64,000 nt of DNA from assembly GCA_016214655.1 (NCBI GenBank), contig JACROC010000005.1, forward strand, positions 3,078 to 67,077, in the 5' to 3' direction. Source of the DNA: Candidatus Harrisonbacteria bacterium (GTDB lineage Bacteria; Patescibacteriota; Minisyncoccia; UBA6257; 02-FULL-45-10c). Below, piece after piece: positions 43,939-53,089 of this stretch. Each line of letters starts with the position of its first letter. The first letter of the stretch is position 1. Made by a program: the position numbers and the translations under genes. A model generated the notes under the pieces. The model was not told where the DNA came from. It searched no databases and was given only the letters and a program-made list of their open reading frames with translations.

Positions 43939-44670
43939 TTAATTTAAATTATAAGTTTTCCTCCATAGCCACCAGCGTATTTTAACAGTTTCTGCCAGAA
44001 CTTGCAAATAGGTTTTTAGAGAAACATGCGTACGAGGATCATTTACCCAAAATATCGGCATTTCCTTGATTTTGTATCCTAGGGCTTTTGCAATTGCCAG
44101 AGCTTCAGCGTCAAAACCCCATCGGTCGATTTTTGTAAGATGAAAAATTTTTTCAGCTGTTTCGTCCGAAAAACACTTAAATCCGCATTGGGTATCCCAA
44201 ATTCCCGGAAGAAGCAGTGTCTGGATTATTAGATTTCCAATGTTGCCTAAAGCTCGTTTATAAACTGGTTGTGCCGGAAGGGTTCGTGCGCCTTTTGCGT
44301 CTCTGGAACCGATCACTATTTCATACCCTTCTTTAAAATATGGAATCATTTTATTAAATTCCACAATTGAAGTGGAATTATCTGCGTCCATAAATAATCG
44401 CCAAGTTCCCTTTGCAGCTAGCATGCCTTGCCGCACTACTGCGCCCTTGCCTCTGTTTTCTTTATTATTAATTAGTTTAAGATTTTGGATTAGCGGCATA
44501 AAGCGATTTACGATCTCGGCGGTATCATCGGTTGAGCCATCATCGACTATTAAAATCTCATATGAATACTCCTGCTGTTCCAGGTGTTTATCAATATCAA
44601 TAAGCGTCAGCGGCAAACGCTTGGCTTCATTGTAAGCTGGAATTATAACTGATAAAAATGGTCGCGCCAT
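43939..44670 (-). CDS. GT2 family glycosyltransferase (polyprenyl-phosphate sugar transferase-like)
   Basis: VIIPAYNE and VDDGSTDDT GT2-A signature. Confidence 0.8.
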   Translation of the reverse strand: MARPFLSVIIPAYNEAKRLPLTLIDIDKHLEQQEYSYEILIVDDGSTDDTAEIVNRFMPLIQNLKLINNKENRGKGAVVRQGMLAAKGTWRLFMDADNSTSIVEFNKMIPYFKEGYEIVIGSRDAKGARTLPAQPVYKRALGNIGNLIIQTLLLPGIWDTQCGFKCFSDETAEKIFHLTKIDRWGFDAEALAIAKALGYKIKEMPIFWVNDPRTHVSLKTYLQVLAETVKIRWWLWRKTYNLN

Positions 44671-44689
44671 GGGGTTACATAATAATTAT

Positions 44690-44730
44690 AACAAAAAAAT
44701 AAAGCCCCGTCTCTAAAAGTACGGGGCTTG
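44690..44730 (-). terminator. rho-independent terminator of the small-protein gene
   Basis: Minus strand reads GCCCCGU-acuuuuagagac-GGGGCUUU then AUUUUUUU. Confidence 0.6.
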
Positions 44731-44740
44731 ATTGGGTAGT

Positions 44741-44894
44741 TCATTTATTTCTTCCGACGCTAAACAGGCAGAGAATCATCATGACATATGCGAATGTTGC
44801 CCAGCCGTAATCCTTCTTTGCCAGATTAACAACTACCAGCGCCAGATTAATTCCTGCCAGTATTAGTTGTGTTCGGATACTTGTGATACCCATT
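44741..44894 (-). CDS. unannotated small membrane protein (about 50 aa, MGITSIRTQLILAGINLALVVVNLAKKDYGWATFAYVMMILCLFSVGRNK)
   Basis: Perfect SD AAGGGAGG 7 nt before the ATG. Two hydrophobic helices. Dedicated terminator. Absent from the ORF track (too short). Confidence 0.5.
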
Positions 44895-44948
44895 TAACTA
44901 CCTCCCTTTTTGGTTTTTAAAGAATTAGTTATATAATAGAATATTATT

Positions 44949-45701
44949 TTATTTCGTCAATACTTCTGGTTCCTTTTCAGTAATAACAATAGTATGCTCA
45001 AAATGCGCGGATAAACTTCTATCTCTAGTGGCATAGCTGTCATCGTCGAGTTGCAGAATATATGGGTCTCCGGCACTAACCATTGGCTCCAAAGCAAGCA
45101 CCATGCCCGGTTTTAATCTCATACCGGTATTTTTTTGCCCTTCATTAAATATCGGCGGGTCTTCATGTAATTCTCTCCCTACCCCGTGTCCAGTTAATCC
45201 TTTTATAACTTTAAGGCCATGTTTAGTGACATAGTTATTAATTGCCCAGCCAATATCCCCCAGGGTTTTACCGGCACGGCACTCTTTAATTCCAAGCATA
45301 AGGGCATTTTTGGTAGTCTCAATAAGCTGTTTGGCTTGGGGAGAAATCTTTCCGATTCCTACCGTAAAGGCTCCGTCGGCAATATAACCTTGATAAGTAA
45401 CGCCGAAATCTAATTTTAATAAATCACCAGATTTTAATTTATAGCCGGTCGGAACCCCGTGCACTACTACTTCATTTAATGAGGAGCAAACAGAGGCGGG
45501 AAAGGGCTTTTCTGCTCCATGCGGCTGATAACCGCAAAAAGTCGGCTCTGCGCCGGCTTGTTCGATAAGTTTTTTGGTAAGATTATCGAGTTCTTTCAGG
45601 GAAATTCCTTCTTTAGCTGCTTCTTTAACTTGCTTGGCAACATTCGCTAAGATTTTTCCGGCAATTCGTATTAATTTAATCTCTTCCGGAGTTTTTATCA
45701 T
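44949..45701 (-). CDS. map: type I methionine aminopeptidase
   Basis: Pita-bread fold with metal ligands (D..D..H..E..E pattern) and colinear MetAP-I similarity. Confidence 0.9.
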   Translation of the reverse strand: MIKTPEEIKLIRIAGKILANVAKQVKEAAKEGISLKELDNLTKKLIEQAGAEPTFCGYQPHGAEKPFPASVCSSLNEVVVHGVPTGYKLKSGDLLKLDFGVTYQGYIADGAFTVGIGKISPQAKQLIETTKNALMLGIKECRAGKTLGDIGWAINNYVTKHGLKVIKGLTGHGVGRELHEDPPIFNEGQKNTGMRLKPGMVLALEPMVSAGDPYILQLDDDSYATRDRSLSAHFEHTIVITEKEPEVLTK

Positions 45702-45702
45702 T

Positions 45703-46398
45703 TCATTTTCTTTTTGCGCTTAATTTTTTTAAGATATTATCAAACACCCTGTAAGGCATTGGCCTGCCGCTGATCGAGATAATTTTGTACCTCCTTTTTT
45801 TGAGGCCGGCCAGAATAGGCAAAGTACGTTCTTTATATTCTTTAATTCTGGTTCGAAAAACTTTTGGATTATCTACTGTCCGACGTTTTAATCCTCCGCC
45901 GCACAACGGGCAGGTTTTGTGATGATGCGTTGCGTCGCTATATAAAATAGCGGTTCCACAGATAGAACAAATTTTTCTCTTGGCATTTCTCAATATGGAG
46001 AGCTCCGGCTGTATTTTTAAAAATATCGGGACCATATTTTTTTTGCCGAAATTTTTTTCCAAAACGCTGATTAGGCCCTCATGATTTTTGTCGCCAAAAG
46101 CCTCAAAAACTGTCCGCGGTGAACCGCTGAATACTAAACCAAAACCGGCCTTGGCAATTTCTTTGGATTTTTTGGCGGTGAGTTTTAAAACAAAGGCGGG
46201 ATCTACCAGTGCTCCGGAATCAAATATTTTTCCCGCTTTTCGGATTTCCGGATTTTTCTGTGTTGTCGGATCGTGCACGACTTGCTCCAGATATTTCCCG
46301 GTGTCAAAATGAACCATTCCGAGTTTTCCGGCCAGCAGATTGGCTTGCGTTCCCTTCCCGGATCCCGGCGGTCCGTATAACATGATCACTTTGCGCAT
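45703..46398 (-). CDS. adk: adenylate kinase (long form with zinc-finger LID)
   Basis: P-loop GPPGSGKGTQ and a LID with C-x2-C...C-x2-C. Confidence 0.9.
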   Translation of the reverse strand: MRKVIMLYGPPGSGKGTQANLLAGKLGMVHFDTGKYLEQVVHDPTTQKNPEIRKAGKIFDSGALVDPAFVLKLTAKKSKEIAKAGFGLVFSGSPRTVFEAFGDKNHEGLISVLEKNFGKKNMVPIFLKIQPELSILRNAKRKICSICGTAILYSDATHHHKTCPLCGGGLKRRTVDNPKVFRTRIKEYKERTLPILAGLKKRRYKIISISGRPMPYRVFDNILKKLSAKRK

Positions 46399-46446
46399 GA
46401 AGATATTATAGCATTTAAATCAAAAACGGCTCAATCTGAGCCGTTT

Positions 46447-47709
46447 TTATTCATATTCCCGCAAAACGAGCTGTGAATCAATTTGCCGCATCATTTCGAT
46501 GGCAACGGAAACTACGATGAGAAGCGCTGTGCCGCCAAGGCTTAGAAGCTGAATGCCAGTTAAAATTTGGGTCAAGTTAGGAAGGATAGCAATAACTCCC
46601 AAAAAAAGCGCTCCGAACAAAGTGGTCCGATTAATAATTTTACCCAAGAATTCGCCGGTTGGCTGTCCAGGACGGATTCCTGGCACAAAACCGCCGCTTC
46701 GTTGCAGATTCTTAGAAATTTCCTGCGGATCAAAAGTTACAGCTGTATAGAAGTAAGTGAAGAGCACCACTAAGACAAAATAAAGACCGCTGTAGATAAT
46801 TTGATTAGTAAGGAAACGATTTACTAACTCGTTGAGTCTGATTGATAAGTCTGGCGAAAAAAGAGCTGAAATTTGCGCTAAAAATTGCGGGAAGAGCAGT
46901 AAAGAGATGGCAAAGATAATCGGAATAACCCCGGCTTGGTTGACTTTCAGCGGCAAATAACTAGAAACTCCCCCGTAGACCTTATTGCCCCGCACTCTTT
47001 TGGAATAAGAAATCGGGACTTTTCTTTCGCCCTCATTAATAAATACTACTCCGGCAATAACTATAATGCTTAATATTAGAAATGCGATATAGGTAGGTAT
47101 GAGACTGGAATCATAGTTTAAAAGAATTCCCTGAATGGTACTGGGGAGCCTTCCTACGATACCGGAAAAAATCAGAAGCGAAGTACCATTGCCGATTTTT
47201 TGTTCGGTAATTAAATCTCCGAGCCACATTAAGAATACAGAACCAGTAGTAACCAATACGATATTTCTCACCGTATCAAACGGCGACAACGGTACTAGAA
47301 CTTGCTGGGAAATTAAAAGATTTAAAAAACCATAAGCTTGAAGCGCTGCCAATGGGACAGTCAGATAGTGTGAGAGGCGGTTGAATTTAGCTCTCCCAGC
47401 CTCTCCTTGTTCATAGTAAATCTCTTTCAGTTTCGGGAAAATCATGGTCAAAAGCTGCATAATGATAGAAGCAGTGATGTACGGGCCAACGCCTAACATA
47501 ACTATTGAGAGGTTGGATAAGGCTCCGCCGGAAAAAATGTTAAAAAAACCAAGCAATTGGTTAGAGGTCAAAAAAGTGCTTAGCCGTTCCACATCTACTC
47601 CTGGAATCGGAATAGCGGCAAAAATTCGGAATACCACAAGTAAGCCCGCTACTACCAGGATTTTTTTTCTAAGTTCGGGAATTTGGAATAGGAGCAAGAA
47701 TTTTTGCAT
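46447..47709 (-). CDS. secY: preprotein translocase subunit SecY
   Basis: 10 TM helices and colinear SecY similarity. Confidence 0.9.
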   Translation of the reverse strand: MQKFLLLFQIPELRKKILVVAGLLVVFRIFAAIPIPGVDVERLSTFLTSNQLLGFFNIFSGGALSNLSIVMLGVGPYITASIIMQLLTMIFPKLKEIYYEQGEAGRAKFNRLSHYLTVPLAALQAYGFLNLLISQQVLVPLSPFDTVRNIVLVTTGSVFLMWLGDLITEQKIGNGTSLLIFSGIVGRLPSTIQGILLNYDSSLIPTYIAFLILSIIVIAGVVFINEGERKVPISYSKRVRGNKVYGGVSSYLPLKVNQAGVIPIIFAISLLLFPQFLAQISALFSPDLSIRLNELVNRFLTNQIIYSGLYFVLVVLFTYFYTAVTFDPQEISKNLQRSGGFVPGIRPGQPTGEFLGKIINRTTLFGALFLGVIAILPNLTQILTGIQLLSLGGTALLIVVSVAIEMMRQIDSQLVLREYE

Positions 47710-47712
47710 AAT

Positions 47713-48096
47713 TTATTTGACGGTACCGCCGGCCTTTTCTATCTTTTCTTTGGCGCTTTTGGATACTGCCAATCCTTGGATTGTGACCGCCTTTTTCAGC
47801 TTTCCAGCTCCGAGAATCTTTACGTTGCCAAAATCTTTCCTGGAAAATATATTTTCAGGATTTTTTTGTAAATCGTCCAAATTTAATACATGTGGTCTTT
47901 TATTAAAACTTTTATTTTTGTAACCACGAAGCTTGGGAAGACGAATCAACAAATCTCGGATAGCCGGCCGAATGCGGTGGCCGGATCTGGATTTTTGCCC
48001 CTTAGTTCCCCTTCCGGCGGTCGTGCCTCTTTTGCCCCCACGCGCCACTCTTTGACTCCTCTTATTTTTTTGTTTTGAATTTTCAAATAAATTCAT
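47713..48096 (-). CDS. rplO: 50S ribosomal protein L15
   Basis: Gly/Arg-rich N-terminus RVARGGKRGTTAGRGTKGQKSRSG. Confidence 0.9.
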   Translation of the reverse strand: MNLFENSKQKNKRSQRVARGGKRGTTAGRGTKGQKSRSGHRIRPAIRDLLIRLPKLRGYKNKSFNKRPHVLNLDDLQKNPENIFSRKDFGNVKILGAGKLKKAVTIQGLAVSKSAKEKIEKAGGTVK

Positions 48097-48105
48097 ATTA
48101 ATTTT

Positions 48106-48615
48106 TTACGACTTATGATTCATTTCTGATTTTAACTGGGACAATGCTCTCATGGTAGCCAAAGCATTAGTCAATTTATTTGGCGTCCGGCCAAGGCATT
48201 TGGCAGTAGCATCTTTTATACCCGCTAAAGACAATACTACTCGGACTGCGCCACCAGCTTTTAAACCATGGCCTTTGACGGCCGGACGAATTAATACATC
48301 GGCTGCGCTGAATTTCGCCCTTACTTCATGAGGAATAGTCGTATCTTTCAATGGTATCCGAATCAGATTTTTTTTGGCCTCTCTTTTGGCTTTTTCAATT
48401 GAAAGCTGGACGTCCGAGCCCTTAGCTATTCCGACGCCAACGTTGCCCTTCTCGTCGCCGATTACCAAGGTAGTGCGGAACCTTAATCTTTTGCCGCCAG
48501 CAACTACACGGGCCACTCTACGTAAATCAAGCACCTTTTCTTTGTACTGTTCTTTTTTTTCTTCGGGCCGGAATGGCCTCCCGCTTCTTCTTGGTCTTTT
48601 AGCTGTTGTTTCCAT
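48106..48615 (-). CDS. rpsE: 30S ribosomal protein S5
   Basis: VVAGGKRLRFRTTLVIGDEKGNVGVGIAKG. Only a 9-nt gap to rplO, so there is no room for rpmD (L30). Confidence 0.9.
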   Translation of the reverse strand: METTAKRPRRSGRPFRPEEKKEQYKEKVLDLRRVARVVAGGKRLRFRTTLVIGDEKGNVGVGIAKGSDVQLSIEKAKREAKKNLIRIPLKDTTIPHEVRAKFSAADVLIRPAVKGHGLKAGGAVRVVLSLAGIKDATAKCLGRTPNKLTNALATMRALSQLKSEMNHKS

Positions 48616-48639
48616 AAATTTTTAAAATTAATTTTGTAA

Positions 48640-49050
48640 TTATAACACCAAACCTTTTACCCTAGCGCCCTCTGCGACCGCCCTTATTCTTCCATGATAC
48701 AAATAGGTTCCCTTATTAAAGACCGCCTTTTTAATGCCTAATTTTTGGGCTTGTTCAGCTAGTTTTTCACCGAGTAATTTAGCTTGTTCAGTCTTATTTA
48801 ATTTATCGGATTTTGACAGAGTTTTAGTGGATTCGAAGGCTAAAGTTTTTCCGGTCGCGTCATCTATTAGTTGCGCAGTAGTATAGCGATTACTGCGAAA
48901 TACTGAAAGTCTTGGCTTTTCAGCCGTTCCAAAAATTTTTGCCCGGTTTCTATTTTTTCTTCTTGCCTTTCTTAAATTTTTTAGTTTGACGTTTTTCATA
49001 ATGGGTCCTATTAAACTTATTTTATTTTTATGCCGCGGCGGCTGTAGCAC
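48640..49050 (-). CDS. rplR: 50S ribosomal protein L18
   Basis: FRSNRYTTAQLIDDATGKTLAFEST. The ORF-track GTG start overlaps rplF; an internal ATG (MKNVKL) at about 48998 is an alternative start. Confidence 0.85.
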   Translation of the reverse strand: MLQPPRHKNKISLIGPIMKNVKLKNLRKARRKNRNRAKIFGTAEKPRLSVFRSNRYTTAQLIDDATGKTLAFESTKTLSKSDKLNKTEQAKLLGEKLAEQAQKLGIKKAVFNKGTYLYHGRIRAVAEGARVKGLVL

Positions 49051-49582
49051 CGGCGACTTTTTTACCGGCTTTTAATTTAACCACCTCGCCTTTATAACGA
49101 ATTCCTTTTCCTTGATACGGTTCTGGTTTTTTTATGGTCCGGATTTTGGCGGCGGTTTGTCCAACTAAATTTTTATTCGCCCCGGATATTTTTATAAAAT
49201 TTTTTTCTACGGCTATCTTGATTCCTTCCGGAGTTGGGAATTTAATTGGATGGGTAAATCCAACGTTTAAAATCAAAACACTTCCTTCCATGGTTGCCCG
49301 GTAACCCACTCCTTGAATTTCCAGCTCTTTGATAAATCCAGAATTTACTCCGTTAACGGCATTTTGTGTCAACGCGCGCATAGTTCCCCAATTTGCCCGG
49401 GATTGTTTCTCTTCTCCGGCGGCAGTTACTATAATTTGATTATCTTTTAACTCAATTTGAGTATGTGGTAAAACCGGCAACATTAAAGTTCCTTCTTTTC
49501 CTTTTACTTCCACTAAATTATCTTTTATTTGTACAGTAACTCCCTGAGGAATCACTATTGGTTTTTTTCCTACTTTGCTCAT
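49028..49582 (-). CDS. rplF: 50S ribosomal protein L6
   Basis: MSKVGKKPIVIPQGVTV... with duplicated L6 domains. Confidence 0.9.
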   Translation of the reverse strand: MSKVGKKPIVIPQGVTVQIKDNLVEVKGKEGTLMLPVLPHTQIELKDNQIIVTAAGEEKQSRANWGTMRALTQNAVNGVNSGFIKELEIQGVGYRATMEGSVLILNVGFTHPIKFPTPEGIKIAVEKNFIKISGANKNLVGQTAAKIRTIKKPEPYQGKGIRYKGEVVKLKAGKKVAGATAAAA

Positions 49583-49636
49583 TGTTAGGTGTTGGGTGTT
49601 AGGTGTTAGATAATTTTTCTAAAACCTAAAACCTAA
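49583..49636. repeat. heptamer arrays (GGTGTTA)x3-4 and (CCTAAAA)x2-3 between rpsH and rplF
   Basis: tgttaggtgttgggtgttaggtgttag ... ctaaaacctaaaacctaa. In the mRNA sense (CUAACAC)n ends 1 nt before the rplF AUG. Confidence 0.85.
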
Positions 49637-49641
49637 TTAAA

Positions 49642-50022
49642 CTACCAAATTTCAAATAATAATTGTCCCCCAATTTTTTGCCTTTTCGCTGTTTTGCCGT
49701 CCATGATACCCTTAGAAGTTGAAAGCACTAGCAAGCCATATCCTTGTCTTACTGATTTTAATTCCTGATAGCCAGCATATAATCTTCTGGATGGTTTACT
49801 GAGAATGCGTATGCCTTGAACTACTCCTTTGCCGTCATTGTATTTTAGTTTGATGTCAATTATCCTTTTTGGCATTCTGCCCTTTTTAAAAGCCCCATCT
49901 AAAAATTTATGTGCGACTAAAAGTTCGGCAATAGCGAAATCCATATTGCTATACGGAGATTTAACACTCTCTTTCTTAACTGCCTGGGCATTTTTAATTT
50001 TGGTTAATAGATCGCAATACAT
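49642..50022 (-). CDS. rpsH: 30S ribosomal protein S8
   Basis: Colinear S8 similarity. Confidence 0.9.
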   Translation of the reverse strand: MYCDLLTKIKNAQAVKKESVKSPYSNMDFAIAELLVAHKFLDGAFKKGRMPKRIIDIKLKYNDGKGVVQGIRILSKPSRRLYAGYQELKSVRQGYGLLVLSTSKGIMDGKTAKRQKIGGQLLFEIW

Positions 50023-50046
50023 GATTTTATATAGTAGCTTGTTGAA

Positions 50047-50232
50047 TTACCACGATGATTTTTTTACTCCCGGTATTTCTCCTTTAGTTGCCAATTCACG
50101 GAAGCAGATCCGGCAGAGATCAAAATCTCTTATATATCCCCTTTTTCTTCCGCAACGGAAACATCTCCGGACGGTACGGGTAGAAAATTTTGGTTTCTTT
50201 TTGGATCTTGCTACTACTGATGTTTTAGCCAT
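50047..50232 (-). CDS. rpsZ: 30S ribosomal protein S14, zinc-binding type (61 aa)
   Basis: C-x2-C...C-x2-C ([20 protein letters not shown]). Confidence 0.9.
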   Translation of the reverse strand: MAKTSVVARSKKKPKFSTRTVRRCFRCGRKRGYIRDFDLCRICFRELATKGEIPGVKKSSW

Positions 50233-50248
50233 AATTATAAGTTACTAA

Positions 50249-50788
50249 TTATTTACTAAATGGTATTCCTAATTGTTTATACAAATCCATCGATTTTTCT
50301 CGATCGCGAATTTTAGGCACTAAAGTGATTTCCATTCCAAAATTTACTTTAGTGATATCCAAGCTTACCTCGGGAAAAACCGAATGTTCTTTTAAACCGA
50401 TAGTCAAATTGCCGTTTTTATCCACCGCTTCTTTTTTGATTCCGCGGAAGTCACGCAAGCGTGGCAGGGCAACATTAACCAATTTCTTTAGAAATTCATT
50501 CATTCTTTCTTGCCGCAGAGTAGTTTTTAAGCCAACCACTGTTCCGGTCCTTAATTTAAAACCGGCAATAGATTTTTTAGCTGGCCGGACAGCCGGTTTT
50601 TGTCCGGTGATCGCGCTTAACTCCTTGGTTAATTCAGGTAAAATCTTATCAAAATTCGGCTGGCCCGAAAGACGTCCAGTGCCGACGTTGATTACAATTT
50701 TCTCAAGTTTTTTATTACTTTCATTCATAAGATTGAATTTATAATACAGCTTTACACTTTTTGCAATAACGGATTTTAGCATCACCAT
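50249..50788 (-). CDS. rplE: 50S ribosomal protein L5
   Basis: KLEKIVINVGTG. The N-terminus (LKSV...KFN) aligns with bacterial L5, so the 5' end overlaps the rplX 3' end by about 50 nt in another frame. Confidence 0.85.
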   Translation of the reverse strand: MVMLKSVIAKSVKLYYKFNLMNESNKKLEKIVINVGTGRLSGQPNFDKILPELTKELSAITGQKPAVRPAKKSIAGFKLRTGTVVGLKTTLRQERMNEFLKKLVNVALPRLRDFRGIKKEAVDKNGNLTIGLKEHSVFPEVSLDITKVNFGMEITLVPKIRDREKSMDLYKQLGIPFSK

Positions 50789-51044
50789 CTACTCGATAAC
50801 CAACTCTTGTAGGTTCGCCGCAGGAACGGCAAACCAACATTGTGTTGGAAGCATTTAGCGGACGGGAGATAGTAATCGTTTCTCCTTTTTCGCCTTGTTT
50901 TTTTGGTCGTTGATGTTTTTTAAATACATTTGCGCCCTCAACTAAAATACGGCCGCTCCGCCGGTCAACTTGCAAAATCTTTCCTCTTTTACCCTTATCT
51001 TTGCCCGTTATTATTTGGACATTGTCGCCTTTACGTAATTTCAT
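50739..51044 (-). CDS. rplX: 50S ribosomal protein L24 with C-terminal zinc-ribbon extension
   Basis: KOW motif (KGDNVQIITGKDKGKRG) and a C-terminal CRSC...CKKC. Confidence 0.9.
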   Translation of the reverse strand: MKLRKGDNVQIITGKDKGKRGKILQVDRRSGRILVEGANVFKKHQRPKKQGEKGETITISRPLNASNTMLVCRSCGEPTRVGYRVDGDAKIRYCKKCKAVL

Positions 51045-51053
51045 GATAATTTT

Positions 51054-51422
51054 TTATACTACTTCTTCCGCCATTGTAAATACGGTTTCAAATTTCTTTT
51101 CTTTAATTTCCCGCGGCAGTGGCCCGAAAATGCGGGTTCCTTTTGGTTCCTTTTTCTCATCTATGATAACTACGGCGTTATCATCAAAACGCAAATAAGA
51201 CCCGTCTTTCCGGCGCAGCGCTTTTCTTTGTCTGACTACCACGCATTTTACGATGTCTTTCTTCTTGATAGCTTTTCTTGGTTCTGCAATTTGGACCGAA
51301 GCAATAACAATATCCCCGATTTCCGCATATCTTTTTCGGCTGCCGCCCAAAACTCTAAAACAACGCACGATTTTGGCGCCGCTATTATCCGCTACTTTTA
51401 ATATGGAACGTTCTTGTATCAT
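51054..51422 (-). CDS. rplN: 50S ribosomal protein L14
   Basis: [17 protein letters not shown]. Confidence 0.9.
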   Translation of the reverse strand: MIQERSILKVADNSGAKIVRCFRVLGGSRKRYAEIGDIVIASVQIAEPRKAIKKKDIVKCVVVRQRKALRRKDGSYLRFDDNAVVIIDEKKEPKGTRIFGPLPREIKEKKFETVFTMAEEVV

Positions 51423-51513
51423 AGGTTAGGGGTTAGGGGTTAGGGGTTAGGGGTTAGGGGTTAGAAAAATTTATTTATAAAATTCTATACCCTCAACCCT
51501 ATAACCTAAACCC
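51423..51513. repeat. (GGGGTTA)x6 tandem array plus C-rich partially complementary array between rpsQ and rplN
   Basis: ggttaggggttaggggttaggggttaggggttaggggttag ... ccctcaaccctataacctaaaccc. In the mRNA sense (CUAACCC)6 ends 1 nt before the rplN AUG. The G-strand has five or more GGGG tracts and is capable of forming a G-quadruplex. Confidence 0.9.
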
Positions 51514-51766
51514 TTGAAATAACTACCCATCTTTTTTCTTTGCTCATCGGCCTGGTTTCTTGGATGATTACCTGATCTCCGACTTTATATTCATTATTTT
51601 CGTCATGGGCTTTAAATTTTTTGGTAACCTTAAAATACTTTTTATATTTGGGGTGTAATTTTAACGAAGTAATCGCCACAACTACGGTTTTCTTCATTTT
51701 GTCGGAAACTACCGTAGCTTGTAATTTACGTCCGGCTGATACCGGTTTATTGAGTGTCTCGGGCAT
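51506..51766 (-). CDS. rpsQ: 30S ribosomal protein S17
   Basis: Colinear S17 OB-fold similarity. Confidence 0.9.
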   Translation of the reverse strand: MPETLNKPVSAGRKLQATVVSDKMKKTVVVAITSLKLHPKYKKYFKVTKKFKAHDENNEYKVGDQVIIQETRPMSKEKRWVVISRV

Positions 51767-51770
51767 ATGT

Positions 51771-51977
51771 TTATTGTTTATTTAATTTGGCTTCTTTTAA
51801 AATTGTATTAATAATCGCCACTTTTTCTTTAAATTTCCTGATTTCGCGCACGTTTTTAACTTTGCCGGCAGCCAAATCAGTTTTTAATTGCCATAAAGCA
51901 TCTTTGCTGCTTTGCAGGTCTTTCAATAATTCTCCACTATTCTCGCCTCTTAAACTATTTAAATCGTTTTTACGCAT
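51771..51977 (-). CDS. rpmC: 50S ribosomal protein L29
   Basis: LRKNDLNSL...LKEL. Confidence 0.85.
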   Translation of the reverse strand: MRKNDLNSLRGENSGELLKDLQSSKDALWQLKTDLAAGKVKNVREIRKFKEKVAIINTILKEAKLNKQ

Positions 51978-51983
51978 GATAAT

Positions 51984-52397
51984 TTATTGTTTAACAACAA
52001 TTTTGGTTTTTACCGGAAGTTTGTGGCCGGCTAAACGAAGAGCTTCTTTGGCTATATCCGCAGAAACGCCGTCAACTTCAAATAAGACGCGTCCTGGCCT
52101 TACCGGACAAACAAATTCTTTGACATCTCCTTTCCCTCCGCCCATAGTTACTTCCGGCGGTTTTTGGGTAATCGGTTTGTCGGGGAAAATTCTGATCCAC
52201 ACTTTTCCTTCTCGTTTCATAAAATTGCTGATAGCGCGCCTGGCTGCTTCAATTTGCCTGCCAGTAATCCAAGTTCCGGTTTGCGCTTTTAATCCAAAAT
52301 TGCCGTAAGCTAAAGTGGTGCCACGAGTTTCAATTTTACGATTAATGGAACGGCCTTTCTGCCATTTCCTATGTTTTATTTTCTTTGGTACAAACAT
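51984..52397 (-). CDS. rplP: 50S ribosomal protein L16
   Basis: [16 protein letters not shown]. Confidence 0.9.
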   Translation of the reverse strand: MFVPKKIKHRKWQKGRSINRKIETRGTTLAYGNFGLKAQTGTWITGRQIEAARRAISNFMKREGKVWIRIFPDKPITQKPPEVTMGGGKGDVKEFVCPVRPGRVLFEVDGVSADIAKEALRLAGHKLPVKTKIVVKQ

Positions 52398-52412
52398 AAA
52401 AATTTGAATATT

Positions 52413-53072
52413 TCAGACTTTTTCGCCTTTAAAAATCCATACTTTGACTCCTACAGCTCCATAATTTGCAAAAGCGGTCGCTTCCCCGTAATCAATATCC
52501 GATCGGAGAGTGGTTAATGGCAATCTGCCTCTAGAAAGCCATTCGCGGCGGGCTATTTCGTTGCCGTCCAATCTTCCGGAAAGTTTAATTTTGGATCCTT
52601 GCACGGAGCGATTTTGCATTATTAAATCCAGATATTTCTTCATAGTTCTTCGGAAAGGCATTCTTTTTTCCAAATCCCAGGCGATCTGTTGGGCAATTAC
52701 CGAAGCGGAAATATCATCTCTTTTGATTTCTTCAACGTTCACGCTGATAGGCGTAGATTTTTTATCTTTTTTTCCTTTGTTCAGTTTAGACAGCGCAGTT
52801 TCAATCGCTTTGGTTAATTCTTCAATGCCTTTTCCGCCGCGCCCTATGACTAAGCCCGGTTTGGATGCTTTAATAAAAATCCGGCAATTAGAGCTGTTCC
52901 GCTCAATATCAATTTTATCTATGCCGGCGCTGCCGATTTTCTCCTTAATGACTTTGCGGATAGTTAAATCTTCCTTTAGCAATTGTGGCAGGTCTTTTTT
53001 TACAAACCATCTGGATGACCAGTCTTTAGTGATCCCTAATCTATATGAATTTGGCTGAATTTTGTGTCCCAT
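52413..53072 (-). CDS. rpsC: 30S ribosomal protein S3
   Basis: MGHKIQPNSYRLGITKDW and a KH domain. Confidence 0.9.
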   Translation of the reverse strand: MGHKIQPNSYRLGITKDWSSRWFVKKDLPQLLKEDLTIRKVIKEKIGSAGIDKIDIERNSSNCRIFIKASKPGLVIGRGGKGIEELTKAIETALSKLNKGKKDKKSTPISVNVEEIKRDDISASVIAQQIAWDLEKRMPFRRTMKKYLDLIMQNRSVQGSKIKLSGRLDGNEIARREWLSRGRLPLTTLRSDIDYGEATAFANYGAVGVKVWIFKGEKV

Positions 53073-53089
53073 AATTTTAACTTCAATAT

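Noticed and set aside
51423-51464. (GGGGTTA)6 looks like a telomere repeat (TTAGGGG)
   Set aside because: It lies in an intercistronic gap inside a bacterial ribosomal operon and is paired with a complementary array. It fits the window-wide heptamer-array motif class and is not a chromosome end.
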